64,000 bases of DNA from a virus (Duplodnaviria; Caudoviricetes). The position numbers and the translations under genes were made by a program. The notes under the pieces are model-generated. The model was given only the letters and a program-made list of their open reading frames with translations. It had not been told where the DNA came from and did no database searches. Location of the stretch: positions 41,256-105,255 of the IMG/VR virus record IMGVR_UViG_3300030330_006019. One strand, given 5' to 3'. This document shows positions 48,659 through 57,076 of this stretch, in pieces. Positions within the stretch are counted from its first letter, which is position 1, and every line of letters starts with the position of its first letter.

Positions 48659-51274
48659 TTATGGTCCAGCCAATCCACCAATTACACTATCATCATCTTG
48701 ACCTGGATCTTCTGGTGCATCAAGTGGTGGTATTGTGTCTGGTACTAGGTTCATATTAGGAACCGCAGGTTCTTTATGATATTCTGGTTTACCACCTTCT
48801 ATATAATTGTTGTTAAGATATGGCAATCCTGTTTCTAAGTCAACAGAACCATCTTCTTGTACAGTTCTTGCAGGTCCAAATAGATTCATTCTACCTGCTT
48901 GTTCAAATTCATGATTTATAACTGCAAATGTAACATTAATATCAACGTGTCTTGGCAACTGCCAGTAATCTGCATTTTGTAGTGGTTGGAGTTTTACACC
49001 TTTTCTGTTTTCATATTCTGGAATTACACCACCACCATATATGTCCCACATTGTGTTATCTGGGAACGTCATATTAAATGTTGTTAGTACTCCAGGTAAA
49101 TCTACATATAAGTCACCAACTGTTAATGTCATAATTGGTGCACCCATAAAACCAGCACCTAGTTGATGCGGATATGTATATGATGCTAATGTGTTTAATT
49201 TATTCCACATTGGTGCCATTTCATTTTTACTGTTTGCATATACAGAAAAATTAAAACCAATATTTCTAATAGTGTTTTGATATATCATTCCAGTACTTGA
49301 CCGTCCTATATAATTTATAGGAACATATGTTGGTACAAATGAATCAGTTAAACCTGTAACAGTTTCACGAAAGTACATTGCATCTATTTGTTTTGACGCT
49401 GGTGCCGCTGTTCCATCATCTTTTTCAGTAGCAGCTACACCATGAAAATTAAATTTAATCAATTGACTGTTTAGACCATCTGCTGGTTGTTCACCTGTCA
49501 TTAACATATTTATTTTATCATGTATACCTCCAACGTAGGTTTCACTATGTAATGCAAAAGGTTTAGTCTTATCAAGATTAAATTGACCTGAGTTTGGATA
49601 TCCAAGTCTTGCTTCTAAACTATTTTGCTGATAAAAGTTTTTACCTAAACCTGGGTCACGACCTCTAGCCTTTCCAAACAATCCTCTTATAGCTCTAAAG
49701 TCAATTGGATGTATAGACCTTCCACCTTTTCTCTTAATTCTTGCTTTAAGTATTTGAAAATATGTAAGTGTTTGGAAATTTGGAGTTCTATCTGCTGTTT
49801 GATTTGCCTTTTGTTTTGCAACAATATCATCAATCATATTAGGGTTTCCTGTAGCTATTGCTGTGTCAACATCAGCATTGAGTTCAGAATTAGATAGTTG
49901 ATTATTTTCTTTTCTATCTATTCTGGAACCTAAAGACCTTGATAGTAACAAACTTTGTATTCCAAATAATTTATCTAACCAAAATATACCATTAGGACTT
50001 ATTGCAAATTTACCAACTCTTATAACATCAAATACAAATCTTTCAACAAGTGCAGCTACATCACCAAGGCCTGCAGGAACTTTGTCTGCATCAGCCAAAC
50101 CAAATCCCCAAGTTTGTGGTTCAGGTTCACCATCTGGAAATTTTCCTCCACTTCTTTGTATACCTCTAAGAATAAACGGTTGGTCTGTTATTGCTCCCCA
50201 AGAAAACTTATTTGGTGAATCTTTTCTTAAATTAAACTTTAAGTATTGTGATTTTAATATTGAACCATTTGCCTCTTCTGACATTGCATATCTTGCAAGA
50301 GGGCTATTATCTGGGTCATTGCTACCAAGTAAAACTTTTTGGTCATATCTATTTCCACCAGATGCACCAAACAATTCATTACTATATGTTGCTATTGGAT
50401 TTGTACCTTGATAGTAATTTACATGGTCCATTTGTGATAGAGCATTATCAGTGCCTGGATTTGTCAAGAATAGTGTTCCACCTTCTGTTGATGATTGTTG
50501 TGACTTCACTGCTAATGGTGATGAATCGTTTCCAGCACGAATTGGTACTGTCTGAGTATACTGTGAAGTTTGAATAAATGGTGGTGTAAAGTTAAAAAAT
50601 TGAGATAGATTTTCTGAAACAATATTTGTTAATGTTAAATTACCAGTTATAGGGTCATTGGGTCCACTAGAAAGAATACTATCACCTGGAGCCGGTGCAT
50701 CACCAAATGTTCCATTGACTGAGCTATATGTTGTTACGTTATCCCATATTGTATTTGGCTGCTGGGCTGCTGGGATTCCAGAAACATTTGTTCCAGTACT
50801 ACCTATTCCAGCATTTGCACCAAGTAGTGCACTTTCTTGTATACCTTCATCAGGACTAATATCTATGTATTGTCCATGTAAGTCTCTATATGCATCACCA
50901 CCTATTTGGTAAATTTGGGTAAACCCGTAATCAGTACCATCCTGGTTTGTTGTTGTTACACCTTGGCCATGAGCCTCAATACCAGACCCTGGGTCAATAT
51001 CCATAAATTCACCATTAACTATTGAATATTTTAATTGCTGAGTAAAAATTGGTAAAAATTCACTAGTTATTACATTGGTTGCTGTATTGTCAACATTTGT
51101 TATTTCAACACCAACACCTACAGCATTATCACCTTTTTCACCATGAATATCGCTATATGTTACACCATCTAACTGATATACATTTGGTGCAGTTGGTGTA
51201 CCTGAAACATTATGTAATGCTGTTCCATTAGTTTCATACCAATCTTTAAGATTTGTGTTAGTAGGTACTGGCAT
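48659..51274 (-). CDS. putative baseplate / tail-tube initiator protein
   Basis: C-terminal FR...LTDSF...YIGR...R.IGFNF...LNTLAS..YP...LTVGD; follows the tape measure gene. Confidence 0.6.
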   Translation of the reverse strand: MPVPTNTNLKDWYETNGTALHNVSGTPTAPNVYQLDGVTYSDIHGEKGDNAVGVGVEITNVDNTATNVITSEFLPIFTQQLKYSIVNGEFMDIDPGSGIEAHGQGVTTTNQDGTDYGFTQIYQIGGDAYRDLHGQYIDISPDEGIQESALLGANAGIGSTGTNVSGIPAAQQPNTIWDNVTTYSSVNGTFGDAPAPGDSILSSGPNDPITGNLTLTNIVSENLSQFFNFTPPFIQTSQYTQTVPIRAGNDSSPLAVKSQQSSTEGGTLFLTNPGTDNALSQMDHVNYYQGTNPIATYSNELFGASGGNRYDQKVLLGSNDPDNSPLARYAMSEEANGSILKSQYLKFNLRKDSPNKFSWGAITDQPFILRGIQRSGGKFPDGEPEPQTWGFGLADADKVPAGLGDVAALVERFVFDVIRVGKFAISPNGIFWLDKLFGIQSLLLSRSLGSRIDRKENNQLSNSELNADVDTAIATGNPNMIDDIVAKQKANQTADRTPNFQTLTYFQILKARIKRKGGRSIHPIDFRAIRGLFGKARGRDPGLGKNFYQQNSLEARLGYPNSGQFNLDKTKPFALHSETYVGGIHDKINMLMTGEQPADGLNSQLIKFNFHGVAATEKDDGTAAPASKQIDAMYFRETVTGLTDSFVPTYVPINYIGRSSTGMIYQNTIRNIGFNFSVYANSKNEMAPMWNKLNTLASYTYPHQLGAGFMGAPIMTLTVGDLYVDLPGVLTTFNMTFPDNTMWDIYGGGVIPEYENRKGVKLQPLQNADYWQLPRHVDINVTFAVINHEFEQAGRMNLFGPARTVQEDGSVDLETGLPYLNNNYIEGGKPEYHKEPAVPNMNLVPDTIPPLDAPEDPGQDDDSVIGGLAGP

Positions 51275-54200
51275 TACATTACTCCTCTAGGTGCCATTGA
51301 TGCATGAACAGTTTCACCAACCTTTTTACCGTCCATATTTAATGTTATTGTTCCTTCTTTAGTTACTCGTATAAGATGATGTAATGCATCCATTAGTTCT
51401 TTATGTTGTCTATTTCTGTCTTTTTCTCTTTCATCTTCTTTATCTGACTCATCACTAAATAAACTACCGACTGTATCAAATACCTTTCCAGCTCCACCAG
51501 CAACACCTTGTGCAAAACTCTTAAATGGATTTTTAGTTGCCAAGATATAATCAGCAGGGTCTGTTTGTATCATAGTACCATCACTTGTGATAATACCATC
51601 ATCCCAGAATGTTACAGCATCCCATATTTGACCACCAACATCTTTTGCACCTTCCCATGCACTACTAACTAAACTCTTAGCTTTATCAAATGCACCTGAT
51701 GCAAATCCTTTTATACTATCCCAAACACCACTTGCTCTTTCCTTTATACTATCCCAATATGCAAGTCCTTTTTCTTTAAGTGATGACATTGTACTCTTCC
51801 AAGATTCAGGTAACTTGTCATACATTCCTTTTGCATAACCCTTTGCACTTTCCCAAACTTCACTAGCCTTTCCTTTTACACCATCCCAAACTTCAGTTGC
51901 CTTTCCAGTTATTCCGTCCCATACTTCAGTTGCCTTTCCTTTTACGCCGTCCCATACTTCAGTTGCTTTACCTGTTATACTATTCCATGCACTTGAAGCA
52001 AGACCAGTTATACCACTCCATACATTACTTGCAAACCCTTTTATACCTTCCCATGCTTTTGATGCAAATTGTTTTGTAGCTTCCCACTTTTCTTTTGCAA
52101 AGTCACCCATTCTACTCCACCATGTTTTACCATAATCTTCTTCCATTTCAAGTTTTGTTGCATTTAACTTTGCCTCTTCATCCAGTCTAAATTGTTTCAT
52201 TTCCTCTTCAACTTTTGCCTGGATGTCTTTCTTTTGTTGTGCAGTTGCATTTTCATATCCACCTATTTCATCATATAGGTCAGCCTGTAATTCAATTGCT
52301 TTATTTTTTATACGTTCATCAGATGCCATTACCTCCATTATCCATGCTTGTGAAAAACTACCAACGTCTGAACTTATATCTTGAAGACGATTACCAAACT
52401 GTCTCATACTAGAAAAATCTTCTTGCATTTGGTCATCCAACTTGTTGATTATGCTTTGTTTCATTTCAGCATCTTCAACACCTGAAGTATACAAGTCGTA
52501 CATTTGTTTTTTGTAGTGAGGGAACTCATCAAAGAATTCTGCCATTGTTCCACCACCATCATCAATAAAGTTTTGTGCTTGCCTTTCTACACGTTCAGCT
52601 ATTTCCGGTGGAAACATTGCTCCAATAATTTCGGATTCATTATCGTTAAAAAATCCAGAGGCTTCTTCAATAGCAGCTTGTTGTTGTGATAGTGCATTGT
52701 CTTGGGCATAAACTGCTTCCAAATTTGCATTGGATTGCTCATCCAAACTATTCATTAATTCCTGTACGTGTGCAGGTATTTCTCCATATTTTCCAACTAG
52801 TCTATCTTCTATATCGGTTCTTGCTTTATATGCATCATTTAATCTTTCTGATGCTTTATCAAAACTGTTTGCAAATGCATCACTACTACCTATAACTTTT
52901 CCAGTAAAGTATCCTATACCAGCACCAATACCAGCACCAAGTAATGTACCAACACCTGGAATTACACTACCAATAGCAGCTCCTAGTGCAGCACCTGTTG
53001 CGGCTCCGGCAGCACCTGTATTTGCAGCACCTCTTTCACGACCACTTCTTGATGTTGATGCGTCACTTAAATCTTTTGCAACCATTACACCAGTTGTTAT
53101 AAGACCTGCTGCTCCACTTAATGCCTTTATTGCACTACCACCACCTAACTTAGCTAATGTTTTGAATCCACTTTTACCAAACCCTTTTATAATACCACGA
53201 TTAAGAGTTCTTGTAATATTTTTTGGACTAAATCCTTTTTTAAGATATTTGAATATGTCACCTTTCTTTGCACCTCTTATCATATCAGTGAAGCCATCTC
53301 CACCACCGCCACCGCCAATTGGTGAAGTAACCATTGGATTCATCATAGTACCTTTTTCAAAGAAGTTACTCTTTCCTCCAAATAATGTCTTTAATGCATT
53401 AAATGCTTTCTTTAATATGTATGCACCAGTAATAACACCTGCTATCTTAAGAAGTGTTCCACCATTTTTCTCTAAAAAATCAATAACTGTTGGTAAATGT
53501 TTAAGAACAAAATTTTGAATGTTCTTTTTAATATTTTCAATCTTTTCTGCTATACCTGAGAATTGACTTGCAATTGCATCTTCTCTCATTTCTTTAGCTT
53601 CAGCTGCACTTACATTTCCTGCACCTTGTGCTAATGTACCAGTATCTCCAGCCATTTGGTCGCCAGCTGCTATTTTTTCTCGTGTCTCTAGTGATTTTTC
53701 AAGTTCACCAACTTCTAATCCTGCAGCTTTAGCAATTGCTTCTTTCTGTAGAATATTCATTTTGTTGAATTCTGCTACACCACCTACTTGGTCAAGTATT
53801 GCTTTACTTGCACCGGCAGTATCACCTTCTAATGCCAACTGTCTTGCTTTATCAAAATTAAGTTGTTTACCAGTCAACATTTGAGCTTCCATTTGAGCCT
53901 CAAGTGAAGATTCAATATCAAGTAAACCTCTAGCCATTTTAGCTTGCTGAGATAAGTTAAGACCAATCTTTTTACCAAGCATTACTTGTTTTTCAAGTTC
54001 ACCGTTTTCTTTTTGATACATTGCAAGTACATCATCACCAGCTTTAGCAATCTCTTCTTGTATCTCTGCAATTGTAAAGTTAGTGCCCATTTGTTCATTG
54101 AGCATTTTGGTTGTTCTATCAACATGGTCAGCATACTTGTCAAATGACATATTCATTCTGCTGGCATTTTTATACATAGATGCTATTGTGTCAGCACCAA

Positions 54201-54969
54201 GACCCATGTTTTTATTTAACCTAGCCATTAGGTTGGCTTCTTTAGCTGTAAGTTGTGGAAGGAATCCCATTGACTCTTGTACAGCCGTCATTGATGAAGC
54301 AAATGCATCACCATAATATTTTACACCACTTAAACCTCTTGTTAAATTAGCAACACCTTTTCCACTTAACTTTAGACTTCGCTGAACACCAGTTGCTGCT
54401 GAGTCTATTTCATACATTAAGTCACGTGCACGTTGAATTTGTTGAAAGATAAATGAAAAGATTCCACCTATAGCGGCCATTATTAAACCACCAAATACCA
54501 TCTTAACAACACTACCCATTCCCTTAAAACCTTTTTTCATTCTCTCCTGTTGTGTCATTGATTTATCAAAGAATGCTCCCATTGCTTTTTTAGCATCTTC
54601 GGCACCATCCTCAATACTCTGTGCAAGGTTATCACCAATGAACGGAACATTTCTTGCCATATCTGCAAATTTTCCAGATACTTTGTCAATATTCATATTC
54701 ATTTTATTTTGTGCACGCTCAACCTTTTTTAAGGTCTTTTCATATTTGTCTACAAAATTATTTAATTTTTCCTGATGTTTTAACTCTTTGGCTTTATTCA
54801 TAACAAGAACCTTAGACAAATTTTTTGCCTCAGTTGTTCTCTTATCCATGTCATCGTAAGCTTGCTTTTGCTGTTGATATAATTGTGAAAGTCGTTCCTG
54901 CTTAGAAACTAACTCATCCATTATATCAGTTTGCTGTCTTAGATTGTCTACGTTTTTTTGGTTAGCCAT
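51274..54969 (-). CDS. tape measure protein
   Basis: 1231 aa helical protein with a glycine-zipper segment, 11-aa Trp repeats and an LNMDGKKVG C-terminus; follows the tail chaperone. Confidence 0.88.
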   Translation of the reverse strand: MANQKNVDNLRQQTDIMDELVSKQERLSQLYQQQKQAYDDMDKRTTEAKNLSKVLVMNKAKELKHQEKLNNFVDKYEKTLKKVERAQNKMNMNIDKVSGKFADMARNVPFIGDNLAQSIEDGAEDAKKAMGAFFDKSMTQQERMKKGFKGMGSVVKMVFGGLIMAAIGGIFSFIFQQIQRARDLMYEIDSAATGVQRSLKLSGKGVANLTRGLSGVKYYGDAFASSMTAVQESMGFLPQLTAKEANLMARLNKNMGLGADTIASMYKNASRMNMSFDKYADHVDRTTKMLNEQMGTNFTIAEIQEEIAKAGDDVLAMYQKENGELEKQVMLGKKIGLNLSQQAKMARGLLDIESSLEAQMEAQMLTGKQLNFDKARQLALEGDTAGASKAILDQVGGVAEFNKMNILQKEAIAKAAGLEVGELEKSLETREKIAAGDQMAGDTGTLAQGAGNVSAAEAKEMREDAIASQFSGIAEKIENIKKNIQNFVLKHLPTVIDFLEKNGGTLLKIAGVITGAYILKKAFNALKTLFGGKSNFFEKGTMMNPMVTSPIGGGGGGDGFTDMIRGAKKGDIFKYLKKGFSPKNITRTLNRGIIKGFGKSGFKTLAKLGGGSAIKALSGAAGLITTGVMVAKDLSDASTSRSGRERGAANTGAAGAATGAALGAAIGSVIPGVGTLLGAGIGAGIGYFTGKVIGSSDAFANSFDKASERLNDAYKARTDIEDRLVGKYGEIPAHVQELMNSLDEQSNANLEAVYAQDNALSQQQAAIEEASGFFNDNESEIIGAMFPPEIAERVERQAQNFIDDGGGTMAEFFDEFPHYKKQMYDLYTSGVEDAEMKQSIINKLDDQMQEDFSSMRQFGNRLQDISSDVGSFSQAWIMEVMASDERIKNKAIELQADLYDEIGGYENATAQQKKDIQAKVEEEMKQFRLDEEAKLNATKLEMEEDYGKTWWSRMGDFAKEKWEATKQFASKAWEGIKGFASNVWSGITGLASSAWNSITGKATEVWDGVKGKATEVWDGITGKATEVWDGVKGKASEVWESAKGYAKGMYDKLPESWKSTMSSLKEKGLAYWDSIKERASGVWDSIKGFASGAFDKAKSLVSSAWEGAKDVGGQIWDAVTFWDDGIITSDGTMIQTDPADYILATKNPFKSFAQGVAGGAGKVFDTVGSLFSDESDKEDEREKDRNRQHKELMDALHHLIRVTKEGTITLNMDGKKVGETVHASMAPRGVM
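51850..51990 (-). repeat. 33-bp tandem coding repeat (KATEVWDGVKG-type) within the tape measure gene
   Basis: repeated CCGTCCCATACTTCAGTTGC-type units on the + strand. Confidence 0.85.
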
Positions 54970-54983
54970 CGATTAAACCTATA

Positions 54984-55193
54984 TTACTTAAGTGATTTAA
55001 CTTTTTTTCCAGTCTTTCTATTTATCTTTTTCAATAAAGCCTCTGCCTCTGCAATATCTCTATCTAGGTCAGATTTTATATCACGATATTCTTGTGCAAA
55101 TTCTGGATTGTCTTTTATGATTTGTTTTAACTCTTTATATGGACCTGCCCCAGCAATGAATGCTATGAATCGTCCTAGTGCTCTTCCAATCAT
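54984..55193 (-). CDS. hypothetical protein
   Basis: 69 aa ORF with GAGGA SD and a late-type motif upstream. Confidence 0.65.
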   Translation of the reverse strand: MIGRALGRFIAFIAGAGPYKELKQIIKDNPEFAQEYRDIKSDLDRDIAEAEALLKKINRKTGKKVKSLK

Positions 55194-55254
55194 GTGAATC
55201 TCCTCTATTAGTGGTATTTATACTCAATTATAAATATCAAGAAGCCGCTAAAAA

Positions 55255-55525
55255 TTAGCGGCCTCCAGTACCAAATGATGGGGGATTGACAACTCCAGTT
55301 GACTTATCCTGCTTGGTTTTCTTTTCAAAATTTCTATCTGTTGATTGATTGTTTTTTCTCTTAAACCAATCCTCAACTTCTTGTGAATAAAAATTTCTCA
55401 ACCATATAGGTAAATTATAAACAACATCCCATGAAAAACCTGCACCTGTTTCACCCCCAAAAAATACAAGTTGGAATATTGCTTTATGTATAAGAGGCTT
55501 GTCTTTAGGCGTCAGGCCAAAAAAA
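55255..55525 (-). CDS. frameshift extension of the tail assembly chaperone (GT-like)
   Basis: Overlapping frame FFGLTPKDKPLIHKAIFQLV...VYNLPIWLRNFY entered at the T7 run; no credible start of its own. Confidence 0.7.
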
Positions 55526-56431
55526 CGTGATACCAATCGGTATCTCAAGCTCCTTCTCTTCGCCAGTTTCATCGCTGACAAAGTTAAATGACATATCCAC
55601 GTCTGGCATAATATCACTTACATATGTTCTTATTGCTCGGGCGTCTTGAGCAAGTAGCATTTCATCGACAAACTTGTTAATATATGGTACATTTCTTTCG
55701 CCATCTACTTCTACAATTAGTGTTTTCAATCTAGTACTCAACATTCTATTTGTTGCATCTTGGCCTTTCATTCTTTTCTTAATACCTGCAACTTTACGCT
55801 CAAGCTTCTTTTCTTCACCGTGAGTAATTAGCTGTACTTTAATTAGCTTTTGTGATTTAGGAAGTATAAACGGATATTCACCTACGTGAGGATTTTTATG
55901 AATCACTTCATGTATTTCTTTATCTGGAAGATTAGATATATCAAATGTTGATTCTTGTTTTACAGAACCATCAGCGACTGTAGGGTCTATTACATCAACT
56001 GTATAATCTTTTCCATATCCTAATACTCTAGCTGCAACCATGATTGCATTTTTATCACCTACAACTAAATCATTATAATTAATTGCTAGTCCTTCTCCGT
56101 TACTAACAATTAACTCTTGAAATAATTTATCAAGTACAATTCCTTGTTTAATATATGATTGAGTTGTTAAAATATCTTCTTCTCTTGCTGTCATATATTT
56201 CATTTCAACTAAACCTGATGATAGTGGGTTGCTTTTTGGATATACTAAACCTTTACTTGGAAGTTCAATTATCTCCGTTGGAAAATTAACTGGGTCAACC
56301 TTTGTTGCTACCTTACTAACTACTTGTTGTTCTTGATATTGTTCTTTGAGTTGTTGCTTCAAATCTTTATTTGAAACTTCAGTTTTTTTGGAATCTTTTG
56401 CTCCAGGATAATCTGGGTCCATACTACTCAT
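55505..56431 (-). CDS. tail assembly chaperone / baseplate hub assembly protein
   Basis: ELPSKG..Y, MTAREEDIL, GDKNAI..AAR..GYG, C-terminal FFWP; lies between tube and TMP; start MSSMD follows AAAGGAG. Confidence 0.8.
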   Translation of the reverse strand: MSSMDPDYPGAKDSKKTEVSNKDLKQQLKEQYQEQQVVSKVATKVDPVNFPTEIIELPSKGLVYPKSNPLSSGLVEMKYMTAREEDILTTQSYIKQGIVLDKLFQELIVSNGEGLAINYNDLVVGDKNAIMVAARVLGYGKDYTVDVIDPTVADGSVKQESTFDISNLPDKEIHEVIHKNPHVGEYPFILPKSQKLIKVQLITHGEEKKLERKVAGIKKRMKGQDATNRMLSTRLKTLIVEVDGERNVPYINKFVDEMLLAQDARAIRTYVSDIMPDVDMSFNFVSDETGEEKELEIPIGITFFWPDA

Positions 56432-56494
56432 AACTTTTTCTCCTTTAATAAAACTATTGTTGTTCATTGGTATATATAAATATATTTATAAAAC

Positions 56495-56520
56495 AAAAAA
56501 AGTCCCAAAACTGGGACCTT
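56495..56520 (-). terminator. rho-independent terminator after the tail tube gene
   Basis: GTCCCA-GTTT-TGGGAC hairpin followed by T7. Confidence 0.85.
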
Positions 56521-56544
56521 TTCTGAATATTTATTACACAATGA

Positions 56545-57033
56545 TTAGAATTGTAATATTGCGTAGTCGTAAGATAGAGTCATCTCGATTTCTAGTGGTT
56601 CGTCAGCCGTCCAATCTAAATCACCAAATGTAGCAGCAGTAATAAATGCACCTTTAAGTGTCCATTCTTCTACTTTATCACCAACAGGTCCTAATACATG
56701 GAATGTAACATCCTTCTTATAGAAGTCGCTATATCCTGCTCTACCTGTTACTGATTCATAGTGTAGTCTTACCCACTCCATTACAGCTTGTGCACCTGAT
56801 GGTACAATAGGATCATATAGTCCTACAGTAACATCTTGCCACTCAGATTTACCTGCAATCTTTCTGTAAGTGTTGATGTGGTCTAACTTTTTTGCTTCAG
56901 TATTAATACTAGGTCTACTAACTCTTTTACATATAAAGCTAGGTATACCATCTATTATCAATACAAATCGGTTTTGAACTTTCGGCTGAAAAGCTCTAAA
57001 CATTATTTCATTTGGGTCGATTAACTCTGCCAT
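56545..57033 (-). CDS. tail tube protein (T4 gp19-like)
   Basis: NRF...RP...GK..W..VT..LYDPI...YKKD...EEWTLKGAF...L.YD; follows the sheath gene. Confidence 0.92.
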   Translation of the reverse strand: MAELIDPNEIMFRAFQPKVQNRFVLIIDGIPSFICKRVSRPSINTEAKKLDHINTYRKIAGKSEWQDVTVGLYDPIVPSGAQAVMEWVRLHYESVTGRAGYSDFYKKDVTFHVLGPVGDKVEEWTLKGAFITAATFGDLDWTADEPLEIEMTLSYDYAILQF

Positions 57034-57076
57034 TTTATTTTCTCCATTTATTATAAATATATACCTTCACAGGTTT

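Noticed and set aside
51650-52100. 33-bp repeats as a possible CRISPR array
   Set aside because: They are in-frame coding repeats of the tape measure protein with no unique spacers.
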